In this document: one piece after another, positions 54,546 through 63,346 of the stretch
Layout: the number at the start of each line of letters is the position of its first letter
Numbering within the stretch: position 1 is the first letter of the stretch
Assembly: GCA_965263355.1 (NCBI GenBank)
Contig: CBDHHL010000056.1
Span: 1,888,001-1,952,000, forward strand
Direction: 5' to 3'
DNA from: Leptolyngbyaceae cyanobacterium
GTDB taxonomy: Bacteria > Cyanobacteriota > Cyanobacteriia > Phormidesmidales > Phormidesmidaceae
DNA: 64,000 bases
Notes under the pieces: model-generated
Seen by the model: the letters and a program-made list of their open reading frames with translations, nothing else
Databases searched by the model: none
What the model was told of the DNA's origin: nothing
Made by a program: the position numbers and the translations under genes

Positions 54546-54935
54546 TTAATTTTTGTGATGGGATTGTTGTGCTGTTACGTACCCCAGGAGAATGCCGCTT
54601 AGACTGCATACTAGATCCAAGGAGTCTAAGGTGCGATGGGGTGATATGCCTTGAACAATTTCTTCTGCTGTCATGGCTAAGCTAAATAAAACGGGAAACA
54701 CGGGCAAATAACGCACGCCTCTGAAGTGTCGTCGCCTAAGGACACGATGGCCTAAATAACTGGCTAGGGCGTAGAGTACCACATGGCCAATTTTGTCGTA
54801 ATAGGGGATTTTTCCGAGTAAGGCCAGGGGTAAATTATTGGTGTAAGCGGCCCACAGAATCAATAAGAATAGGCTGCCATAGCCTATGGCTAGCCACATA
54901 ATATTGCTGTGCTCAATTTTAGAGGACGTTTTCAT
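54546..54935 (-). CDS. VanZ-like membrane protein
   Basis: DKIGHVVLY, EEIVQGISPHRT, DL motifs. Confidence 0.8.
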   Translation of the reverse strand: MKTSSKIEHSNIMWLAIGYGSLFLLILWAAYTNNLPLALLGKIPYYDKIGHVVLYALASYLGHRVLRRRHFRGVRYLPVFPVLFSLAMTAEEIVQGISPHRTLDSLDLVCSLSGILLGYVTAQQSHHKN

Positions 54936-55033
54936 AAAATCAGGGTAATTGGCAGATAGCCGATTTTCAGTACAGCGATCTACAGTAGATAACGTCTCTA
55001 TCTCGGACGTACTAATAGTATTTGATATGAGCC

Positions 55034-56011
55034 ATGGGTAAGCAATTTAGGTATCGGGTAGGACTATGGTTAGGTCTGTTGGTCTTGGTGATCGGCATGG
55101 TTGTGACCTATGGAATTTCCTCTAAAGCACAACTGCCGAACCCCATGGTGGATGGTGAGCGGCTGCGATCGCACCTCCTGACCCTATCCACTGAACGCTA
55201 TACGACCCAAGACCTGACCCGCGCCTGCGCCTACCTTACCCAACAGCTGAAAGAATACGGCTATACCCCCACATTCCAGGAATTTGGTTCCGGTGACAGC
55301 GCCGGGACTAACCTGAGTGTCGTGCGTCCAGGTACCCAAACACCTGAGCAAAAAATCCTAGTCGGTGCCCACTACGACACCGTTTTTGGTTCCCCTGGTG
55401 CGGATGACAATGCGAGTTCCGTTGCCACAGCCTTAGAAATTGCCCGTCTCTTTGCCAAGTATCCCACTGACAAAACCCTACAGGTCGTTTTCTTTGACCA
55501 GGAAGAACGACAGCCAGATGGAGAAGGGCTATTAGGAAGCCATGCATTCGTTAATCAAGCAGCCAACCTTAACGGCTTAGACAGTGCAGTCATTTTAGAA
55601 ATGCTGGGCTACGCCTGTTATGAGCCTGGTTGTCAGACCTATCCACCAGGACTAGAACAACTATCCTTGCCAACCCAAGGAGATTTTATCAGCGTTATTG
55701 GGAATATAGATGCGCCTAACCTACTAACCACCTTTGCTACCGCCCTAGAGGATACATCAGCAGCCCTGCAAGCACTGACATTACCAGTGCCCTTAGATGG
55801 CTCATCAGCCATGCCAGATTTATTTCGCAGCGATCATGTGCCCTTTTGGGAAAACGGAATCGGAGCTGTCATGGTTAGCGATACAGCCAACTTTCGCAAT
55901 CCACATTACCACCAGCCAAGCGATACCGTTGAAAACCTAGATCTGGCCTTCTTAGAAAAGACAGCAAACTATGTCGTAGAACGTGTAGAAATACTTTTAC
56001 AAAACAGTTAA
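55034..56011 (+). CDS. M28-family metallopeptidase
   Basis: GAHYD, GADDNAS, DQEE, GLLGS, RSDH, YHQPSD. Confidence 0.92.
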   Translation: MGKQFRYRVGLWLGLLVLVIGMVVTYGISSKAQLPNPMVDGERLRSHLLTLSTERYTTQDLTRACAYLTQQLKEYGYTPTFQEFGSGDSAGTNLSVVRPGTQTPEQKILVGAHYDTVFGSPGADDNASSVATALEIARLFAKYPTDKTLQVVFFDQEERQPDGEGLLGSHAFVNQAANLNGLDSAVILEMLGYACYEPGCQTYPPGLEQLSLPTQGDFISVIGNIDAPNLLTTFATALEDTSAALQALTLPVPLDGSSAMPDLFRSDHVPFWENGIGAVMVSDTANFRNPHYHQPSDTVENLDLAFLEKTANYVVERVEILLQNS

Positions 56012-56096
56012 AAGCATACGTCTAGTCGCTTATAGCGAATGCACAGACTGGGTATAGGTTACGGTAAGGTCAATTATGAAGGTTATCGATCCGAAA

Positions 56097-57395
56097 CTAG
56101 GCGTTATTTCCTGATGACAATGACTGCGATGTCGGCTCTCCATCACCCTTTAGAGACTTAGGAATAAACGACGGCAACACTGGCACAGTTTTCTCTAACT
56201 CAGGAGATTCTACAGACTCCATATTAGAGACACCGTTAGATACATCACTGTTCACAGTAGTCTCAGCCAACGTTTCCTCGGCAGCACTGCCTGTTTCTGA
56301 TCGAGATGAGCGGCCTGAAGCGACGACATAGGAAAGCTCAGCAGGATCCTCAGTAACCGATTCAGGCTCTAGCAAACCAGGTAATTGCTTATCAGGAGGT
56401 ACCTCATTCTGGGTAGGCGGCAACAGCAAGAGTCGTCTTTTCAACTTGCCCATCGGCACCATCAGCGCAGCAATCCGTTCTTCTAGCCAGATCAAACCAG
56501 CTCCCAACGCTTCAGCTAAAGTGCTAATCAAGCGATAAAGCGCGACAGCACTGATTAACAACCCACTGGGTAACTGATTACCGAGAATTGCGATCGCAAC
56601 CGCCTCAAACACCCCCACCCCTCCAGGCGCACCAGGCACCATCAGGCCCATTAACCAAGCAATGCTAAAGGCCCCAAAAATAGGAAAAAATTGGCTCGGT
56701 TTGAGGGACTCTAACGCCACCAGTGTCATCAAAAACCCCAGACCGCGCAGAGCCACAAACCCTATCTCTCCTAGTAGAGAACGCCAGGGATAAGCCTGTA
56801 AACGCAAGGTACTGGTAATTACAGTCAGCCCCTGGGAGCGAGCCTTTGCTTTGCCTAACTTTTGTAAAATTGGATTTAGAAAACGCGGATGAATCGCTAC
56901 TAGCATGGCCGCTAGAGCCCCCAGGGAGACGATTAATAATCGCCAATCATTGGCCACAGTAATGCTAAAGCTAATGGCAGCAAGTCCTAATGCTGCTGCT
57001 GCCATCAATAAGGGCTCTAACACAACACCAACGATAGCAGCCCCCGTCGATGAGCCCGATGCTTGTAGCGCACGCACCCGGCCAAAGAAATGCCACACAT
57101 TCCCTGGCAGATACTTGGCAATGTTGGTTTTCAGGTAGATCATCGTGGTCCACCGACCATCGCGGGGCTGACCAATGGCCTGCAAGATTAAATGCCATAC
57201 CCACCCTGACCAAATATGCGCAATCAACGTGATCCCCAATGCAACAGTCAGCAACGCCAGGGTAGCGCTACTAATTTCAAGAGTTCTGACCTCTTGCCAA
57301 TGATCCTTAAGGGTTTTGGCCAGAAAAAAGATAATGCCGCCAAATAAAAACCAGCGAAAGATGCGATTAACCATGGATGGGGGTAACCCGCGCAT
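56097..57395 (-). CDS. UPF0104/lysylphosphatidylglycerol-synthase-like TM protein with acidic tail
   Basis: KYLPGNVW, PGAPGGVGVFE, LYRL. Confidence 0.8.
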   Translation of the reverse strand: MRGLPPSMVNRIFRWFLFGGIIFFLAKTLKDHWQEVRTLEISSATLALLTVALGITLIAHIWSGWVWHLILQAIGQPRDGRWTTMIYLKTNIAKYLPGNVWHFFGRVRALQASGSSTGAAIVGVVLEPLLMAAAALGLAAISFSITVANDWRLLIVSLGALAAMLVAIHPRFLNPILQKLGKAKARSQGLTVITSTLRLQAYPWRSLLGEIGFVALRGLGFLMTLVALESLKPSQFFPIFGAFSIAWLMGLMVPGAPGGVGVFEAVAIAILGNQLPSGLLISAVALYRLISTLAEALGAGLIWLEERIAALMVPMGKLKRRLLLLPPTQNEVPPDKQLPGLLEPESVTEDPAELSYVVASGRSSRSETGSAAEETLAETTVNSDVSNGVSNMESVESPELEKTVPVLPSFIPKSLKGDGEPTSQSLSSGNNA

Positions 57396-57468
57396 AAAAC
57401 TGGGGGATAAAACAATTGGGCAATTGTAACGGGTATTAAACCGTGTTCACATGCAAAACTCCAGGTTT

Positions 57469-57539
57469 AAACTTTGTCCACGTCCAGAACTGGAGTTTTT
57501 CCGTAGAAGCAGCTACAGGTTTCAACTTGGACGTGGTTC
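57469..57539. repeat. dispersed palindromic repeat, copy B
   Basis: CCACGTCCA...TGGACGTGG outer stem, 60/71 identical to 41088-41158. Confidence 0.75.
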
Positions 57540-57610
57540 GTAACCCAAACTTTTCATTTGCATGGGTTATCTGGATACAGGTTTAGCACACAGTATCCGA
57601 TGATTACGCA

Positions 57611-58321
57611 TTAGACTGTCTTTTGGGACTCATAGCCGTTCATAATTCGGCCACAACACCGATATTGTTCATGATAGGTCTGACTGACTGGATCACTCAG
57701 GTCTACAATCGAGTCGATGCCAATGCCATTACGGCCTCGATCTTTACCAGAGCTATGGATGTAATTCCCATGCCCCAAATATAGAGCAACATGGGTAGTA
57801 CGTTCTGGGGTACCAAAAAAGATTAGATCACCTGGCTGCAGCTCACGTTTGTCAACAGTTGTCGTAAACGCTTCCTGCTGGTATGAATCACGGGGCAAGA
57901 TCACCCCAACAGACGCAAATGCAGCTTGGACTAGACCTGAGCAATCATAGTTAGGGGACACAGCGCCTCCCCATAAATATTCGTTTGGTGCCGCCATGGC
58001 TGCTTGGGCAAAGGCAATAGCACCAGGAATCGCCTGCTCAATGTCACTGCGGGTAACTATGGTGGAGCGATAGGGCGCATTGGCCAAGGTTAAGGCATCA
58101 AGTGCATCGAGTCGCAGCCAACCTGGATAATCATCAGCACATAAAACGACCTGTACGCCTGTTGGCTCAATCGCAGTGATCCTGAGCTGATATCCAGCCG
58201 CAGCCTGGGTTACAAGTCCCGGTTCATGGGAGCTTTTATAGAGGTTGAGGTGGCGATCGCACCGATATTCAGCCCCAGGGTCTAATTGCCAGCGTTGTTT
58301 CAAATCATCTAGCTGCACCAC
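57611..58321 (-). CDS. NlpC/P60 (C40) peptidase with SH3-like N-terminus
   Basis: DDYPGW, YLWGG, DCSGLVQ, LPRDS, PGDLIFF, HVALY. Confidence 0.92.
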   Translation of the reverse strand: MVQLDDLKQRWQLDPGAEYRCDRHLNLYKSSHEPGLVTQAAAGYQLRITAIEPTGVQVVLCADDYPGWLRLDALDALTLANAPYRSTIVTRSDIEQAIPGAIAFAQAAMAAPNEYLWGGAVSPNYDCSGLVQAAFASVGVILPRDSYQQEAFTTTVDKRELQPGDLIFFGTPERTTHVALYLGHGNYIHSSGKDRGRNGIGIDSIVDLSDPVSQTYHEQYRCCGRIMNGYESQKTV

Positions 58322-58465
58322 ATTTACACACCCTTATCTCGACTTAATTTACAGAGCTAATGTAACGGACCCATTGAACGAATGAGCCATTACGTCAGAC
58401 AATAAAACAATATTTTGTCGCATTAACTACCGTTTTTTAGCCGTCTCAATCCGTTAAGCATCCCT

Positions 58466-59629
58466 ATGAGTCTGACCGTATCCCAACCTCAAATCAATGA
58501 GACCTTTCGTATCACCCCCACACCACTAAACATTCCTGAGCGGTTGCTATTAGGCCCTGGACCATCTAACTCAAACCCTGACGTTGTCGCTGCGATGAAT
58601 CGTCAGCCCATTGGTCACCTGGATCCCGCCTATCTGGACTTGATGGATGAAGTCCAAGCAATGATGCGCTACGTCTGGCAAACTGAAAATCCCATGACAT
58701 TGCCCATTAGTGGCACTGGGTCAGCTGCCATGGAAGCCACCCTGGCTAATGCTGTTGAGCCTGGGGATGTAGTATTGGTTGGGATCAACGGCTACTTCGG
58801 TAATCGCCTGGTGGACATGGCTGAGCGCTATCGTGCAGATGTACGCAGCATCAGTAAGCCTTGGGGCGAAGTCTTTAGTCTGGATGAACTACGGGCAGCG
58901 ATGACAGAGCACCGTCCCGCTATCTTAGCCCTGGTTCATGCCGAAACCTCCACTGGCGCACGTCAGCCCCTGGACGGTGTGGGGGATCTGTGCCGCGAGT
59001 TTGATTGCCTACTACTGATTGACACCGTCACCAGCATGGGGGGAGTACCCATCTTTTTAGATGAGTGGGGCGTAGACATGGCCTACAGCTGTAGCCAGAA
59101 AGGACTTAGCTGCCCTCCTGGTAGCTCACCGTTCACCATGAGCGAGCGGGCCCTCCAAAAGCTAGATAAGCGTCAGACCAAGGTTGCAAACTGGTATCTG
59201 GATATCTCCTTACTGCGCAATTATTGGGGCAAGGGACGGACTTACCACCATACGGCCCCAGTCAACATGACCTATGCCATTCGCGAAGCACTGCGCTTGG
59301 TAATTGAAGAAGGTCTGGAAAATTCTTGGGCCCGTCATCAGCAAACCGCTGAGAAGCTTTGGGATGGTTTAGCAGATCTAGGGTTAAGCTGCCATGTACC
59401 CAAGGAGTACCGCCTACCCACGTTAACAACCGTCAAGGTCCCTGAAGGGGTAGATGCCAAGGCGATAACCAGTAAAGTGCTGGCTGACCATAATATTGAG
59501 ATCGGCAATGGTTTGGGCGAACTAGGCGGCAAGGTTTGGCGAATTGGCCTGATGGGCTACAACAGTCAACCAGAGAATGTAGATCGTGTATTGACCGCTT
59601 TGAGCAAGGTAATGGCAGAGGTGTCATGA
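58466..59629 (+). CDS. alanine/serine-glyoxylate aminotransferase (class V PLP enzyme)
   Basis: LLGPGPS, SGTGSAAME, VHAETSTG, DTVTS, SQKGL, YHHT, WRIGLMG. Confidence 0.93.
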   Translation: MSLTVSQPQINETFRITPTPLNIPERLLLGPGPSNSNPDVVAAMNRQPIGHLDPAYLDLMDEVQAMMRYVWQTENPMTLPISGTGSAAMEATLANAVEPGDVVLVGINGYFGNRLVDMAERYRADVRSISKPWGEVFSLDELRAAMTEHRPAILALVHAETSTGARQPLDGVGDLCREFDCLLLIDTVTSMGGVPIFLDEWGVDMAYSCSQKGLSCPPGSSPFTMSERALQKLDKRQTKVANWYLDISLLRNYWGKGRTYHHTAPVNMTYAIREALRLVIEEGLENSWARHQQTAEKLWDGLADLGLSCHVPKEYRLPTLTTVKVPEGVDAKAITSKVLADHNIEIGNGLGELGGKVWRIGLMGYNSQPENVDRVLTALSKVMAEVS

Positions 59630-59660
59630 TTCTCTAAACTTTTTCTAACCTGAGCGGTAA

Positions 59661-59691
59661 TAAAGCCTCCCATGCACGACGGGAGGCTTTA
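59661..59691. terminator. terminator hairpin after the aminotransferase gene
   Basis: TAAAGCCTCCC-loop-GGGAGGCTTTA. Confidence 0.7.
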
Positions 59692-59780
59692 TGGCTCCGA
59701 TACAGGGCTAAGCTTGAGAATTCAGGGATGAGCTGTGAGTGATATATCACCTTCACCCAAGGCTTTTGGGGCGAAATTCG

Positions 59781-60032
59781 TCAGTCCAATTCAAAATACA
59801 TTGCGCAATACTGCCTTACCTGCCATCCGAATTTAACGACAGCTTTGCCACAACTAATCAAGGCCAATATTATGACAATATTTCCCAGGGCAAAGGCACT
59901 GATTATGCCTACTAACAGCTTTAATAACGCCATTCTCACAAAGTTGAAAGGTGCTCGCAGGAACATTACCCACGTGTCAACCTCTAGCAGTTTGCTAACG
60001 AAACTTCTGTTAAGCCAAGTCTGCTTAGTCAT
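59781..60032 (-). CDS. small hypothetical membrane protein
   Basis: 83 aa with a long hydrophobic segment and GGAG upstream of the ATG. Confidence 0.45.
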   Translation of the reverse strand: MTKQTWLNRSFVSKLLEVDTWVMFLRAPFNFVRMALLKLLVGIISAFALGNIVIILALISCGKAVVKFGWQVRQYCAMYFELD

Positions 60033-60338
60033 GGGCTATCTCCAAAATACCGACCAAAATACTGAACCGACATCAAATTAATTTGATGCAATTTGTATTA
60101 ACTCCCAATTTAATCAGTCTAAGCTTTCAGTAACAGCCTGAAATCACTCATTGCGTACGTAGTTAAAATAGCACTCTTGCTCGGCATTTTTGCCTAGGAA
60201 ACTTCAATTTAGTGGTATAGGTCAGCAATTGCGAACATTAGCTATGTTCTAGACAGAGAAACAGATATTTAGATATCTAGATGTATTAAAGGTAACTTAA
60301 ATGTTAAATGGCTAATTGAGAGTACCGACTTGTGCGTC

Positions 60339-61436
60339 CTACTTTCCCTTTATTTGGGCCTTAGCTTGTTCCATCGCCAGAGACTTAAACGCCTCAAAGG
60401 ATTGAATATTTGATGCCCCTTCGATGGCTTTCACGGCCAAATCTTGAACCTGTTTTAGAGCTGCCGCCAGTTGTTTAGATAAGGTCTGAATTCGTTCTTC
60501 ATTGGTTTTGATCGTCTGTTCTAAGGCTTGAATCCTCAGCTCATAGACTCGTTTAAAACCATTTAATTCCTGATTGCGTAAATCCGCCGCTATTTTCGCC
60601 TGGGCACTGGCCGTTTTTTCGCCTTCTTCCTTAGCTTGTTTAAGGGCCGCTTCTTTTTCCGCTTCAAAGGCTTTTACTTGAGCTTGTAGCTCAGCAAATT
60701 GATGCTCTTGGAGTGCGATCGCCTGTTCCCGTTCCGCCCACTGTTCTTCTAAGGTTTGCTTAGCGTCCGCTAGTTGTTTATAGCGTTCCTCCTGGGCCTG
60801 GTCATAATCCGCCTGTGCCATACTACGCTGGAGCGTGAGGTTATAGTCGTATTCTTGAGCCTCACGCTGACTATTTTTTCGCTGTTCTTCATCCCGTTCT
60901 TTCACAGAACGTTTGTGCTCCTCCTGTTCCTTTGCCCAAGCCTGTTTTAGCTCCTGACGTTCATGCTCCAGGGTATCGCGTCTCTGATTAAATTCAGCTT
61001 CAAACGCTTTACTGTTATCTTCACAGGTTTGAATTAAAGTATCCAAGGTATCGGGTTGAATCTCGTCTAGATTGTGCAGGGCCTGCAGCTGTTCCAGCTC
61101 CTCAGTAACCGCTAGTCGAAGGGATTGCAGGTTTGCTGCCTTTGAAGTCAGCTTTTCGGACAACTCGTTAACTGCACTGCCAAATCCCGCTTGTAATCCG
61201 GTTAGGGCATTAATTGTAGCCTTCATTTTATCATCGTGTGACTGCTCGATGGGCTGCTGACTCATGGCTTTCACAGGTTCAGAGGGCGTTGTTTCCGCTA
61301 CGGGTGTTGGACTCGTCGTTTTCGATTGCTGCAGCTTGTCGACCTGCTTTTCTAATGTATTTCGCTCTTTGAGTAACTCATTATAAGCATCTAGAATCTG
61401 TGCTTTTGTATTTCTACTGGTGGGTATTTCGGTCAT
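60339..61436 (-). CDS. coiled-coil protein of unknown function (paralog B)
   Basis: E/Q/K-rich heptad pattern, AGAGG RBS, collinear similarity to 61455-62438. Confidence 0.85.
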   Translation of the reverse strand: MTEIPTSRNTKAQILDAYNELLKERNTLEKQVDKLQQSKTTSPTPVAETTPSEPVKAMSQQPIEQSHDDKMKATINALTGLQAGFGSAVNELSEKLTSKAANLQSLRLAVTEELEQLQALHNLDEIQPDTLDTLIQTCEDNSKAFEAEFNQRRDTLEHERQELKQAWAKEQEEHKRSVKERDEEQRKNSQREAQEYDYNLTLQRSMAQADYDQAQEERYKQLADAKQTLEEQWAEREQAIALQEHQFAELQAQVKAFEAEKEAALKQAKEEGEKTASAQAKIAADLRNQELNGFKRVYELRIQALEQTIKTNEERIQTLSKQLAAALKQVQDLAVKAIEGASNIQSFEAFKSLAMEQAKAQIKGK

Positions 61437-61454
61437 ACTGAATCCTCTTTTTTC

Positions 61455-62438
61455 CTAAGACTCAATCGTTGAGGATTTCTCAAACGCTTTTATGGTTAGG
61501 GTGTGAGACTGCTGCATCGCCTCTTGCAATTGGACATTAACACTTTCAATTTGCTGAGTTTGTTCTTGAATTTTCTGTTCCAGGGATTGAATGGTAAATT
61601 CATAGCCCTGTTTAGTCGCTTCCCATTCTTTCTCTAGTAATGCCGCTTGTACCTCTGCATTTTGCTGCACAGAACTAGCGGACTCTTCTCTCGTTTCGTC
61701 TACTAACTGGTTAAGGTCAGCTGCGAAGACATCCACCTGCTGTTGATAGCCTTCTAAGAGAGACTGATTCTCTTCTAGAATTCTCTCCCGCTCTGTCCAC
61801 TGCCGCTCGTTGGCTTGTCTGGTATCTTGCAACTCTTTTTCTTGCTGCCGACGGGTCTCATCAAACTCATTAGCATCAATGGTTTGTTTTCGATCAAGTT
61901 CATACTGACAATCTGCTTCTTGCCGCTCGCGTTCTTTGGTTAACCGCTCTGTTTGTTCCTGTAAGGTTTGCTCAAAGTCGGCTTGCTCTTTGGTCCAGTG
62001 AGATCGCACCTCAACCATTTCTTTGTCCAGGGCTGCTTTCTGCTCAGCCTCTGTTTGCTCAAGGTTACTAAGCTTGTCCTGGTGCTCTTTGGTCAGCAGA
62101 TAAAGGGTATCAGCCACCACACGAATTTGTTTCAGGGTTTGTAGATGACGCGTTTCAATGTCAATCGCCTGATCCAGTTCTACCAGCTTCAAGGATTCGG
62201 CAGTTAATTTTTCTGATAGCTGAGTGACAATGCTACCAAACTCCAGCTGTAAGTCGGCCAACCCTTTAACAATACCGTCAATGGTATAGCCGGAAGCCAC
62301 GTTTAATACCTGTTCATTTCTGGCAGCTACGGCTTCCTCTTCTTTAGTGGCAATCCGTGATCCCAGCTTTTTTCGCTCAGTGAGAATTTGCTCAAAGGCA
62401 GCAAAAACCTGGTCCTTGCTATCCCGCGATGCAACCAT
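61455..62438 (-). CDS. coiled-coil protein of unknown function (paralog A)
   Basis: ATG 62438 with GGAG 8 nt upstream, E/Q-rich helical sequence, 18-bp gap to paralog B. Confidence 0.85.
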   Translation of the reverse strand: MVASRDSKDQVFAAFEQILTERKKLGSRIATKEEEAVAARNEQVLNVASGYTIDGIVKGLADLQLEFGSIVTQLSEKLTAESLKLVELDQAIDIETRHLQTLKQIRVVADTLYLLTKEHQDKLSNLEQTEAEQKAALDKEMVEVRSHWTKEQADFEQTLQEQTERLTKERERQEADCQYELDRKQTIDANEFDETRRQQEKELQDTRQANERQWTERERILEENQSLLEGYQQQVDVFAADLNQLVDETREESASSVQQNAEVQAALLEKEWEATKQGYEFTIQSLEQKIQEQTQQIESVNVQLQEAMQQSHTLTIKAFEKSSTIES

Positions 62439-62598
62439 CCCCATCACTCCAGCAGACACATCAACAGGGCAATTCTGCCACCTATAAGTCAATAAAGTAA
62501 CAGCCCCTGATTAAACTTAATCCTTGGTCAGAGGTCTGCCTCAAGAGTATTCAGCATAGTAGTGAATGTGGCCTACCGCATTAGGTAGGGGATCAATT

Positions 62599-62631
62599 AA
62601 CGGGACTGGCGCGATTCGAACGCGCGACCTA
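62599..62631. repeat. 33-bp duplicate of the tRNA 3' end (att-like)
   Basis: AACGGGACTGGCGCGATTCGAACGCGCGACCTA, identical to 63308-63340. Confidence 0.9.
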
Positions 62632-62897
62632 GCATGCCAAACTATTCAGATTGACCTCTTTATAGCTTGTTAACGTTGATCTCAAAAAACGACATGCGCG
62701 CTACATTTTATCGTGGGTGCTTCAGCTGCTCATAGCGCAGTGAAACGTCTACAGTAGTGAAAAAGCTGAGCGGTTCGATGGATTAACTTGGAATTTGGGA
62801 TAGCGCTTCGTAGTTTTTGAGATGTTTTGAGTATTCCGCATAGCCTACTCAGTGATTGACTCTTGGGTGCTCTGAAAGATCTCTAATGCCCACAGTC

Positions 62898-63116
62898 CTA
62901 GTCAGTCGAAGGATCATCGGCATAAATCATCAAATCACCAGGCTGACACCTTAACGCTTTGCACAACGCACTGAGCGTCTCAGCATCAATCCGACTTACC
63001 TGACGACGAACTTTCAACCTTGAAATTGAGCGCTCACTGATACCCGTGAGTGCGGCCAGATCCTTATTACGGACATTCCTTTCCGCCATGATGATTGCGA
63101 GTCGCCAATGGATCAC
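62898..63116 (-). CDS. XRE/Cro-C1 helix-turn-helix regulator
   Basis: KDLAALTGISERSISRL, TLSALCKALRCQPGDL. Confidence 0.9.
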   Translation of the reverse strand: MIHWRLAIIMAERNVRNKDLAALTGISERSISRLKVRRQVSRIDAETLSALCKALRCQPGDLMIYADDPSTD

Positions 63117-63247
63117 GTCTAGCGATTGATACGTATTGCCAAGCAGATGCTAGCACCAACCCACAGATGTAGTTCACAAATACAGCCTTGACATCTAAAA
63201 ATAGACGCTAGCAGTTGTTTTTACTCCTTTCAAAAGCTATAGTTACT

Positions 63248-63283
63248 AAAAATAAGCTGGCTTCCAACCAATGGAAGCCAGCT
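63248..63283 (-). terminator. intrinsic terminator for the tRNA transcript
   Basis: AGCTGGCTTCCA / TGGAAGCCAGCT 12-bp stem followed by TATTTTT on the minus strand. Confidence 0.75.
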
Positions 63284-63309
63284 AAAGGATAGTGCTTTGA
63301 TCATTTGAA

Positions 63310-63346
63310 CGGGACTGGCGCGATTCGAACGCGCGACCTACCGCTT
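63310..63346 (-). tRNA. 3' exon of an intron-containing tRNA, most likely tRNA-Arg(CCU); the 5' exon is beyond the window
   Basis: Minus strand AA GCGGT AGGTC GCGCG TTCGAAT CGCGC CAGTCCC G = positions 37-38, anticodon-stem 3' strand, variable loop, T arm, acceptor strand, discriminator. The anticodon itself is not visible. Confidence 0.85.

Larger units (their letters stand above)
62599..63340. mobile_element. miniature/remnant tRNA-integrated element
   Basis: Bounded by exact 33-bp direct repeats 709 bp apart. Only an HTH gene inside, no integrase. Confidence 0.65.

Noticed and set aside
62599..62631. Second tRNA gene or CRISPR repeat
   Set aside because: Only the tRNA 3' portion is present, and two copies 709 bp apart do not form an array. 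No CRISPR array or cas gene was seen in the window.
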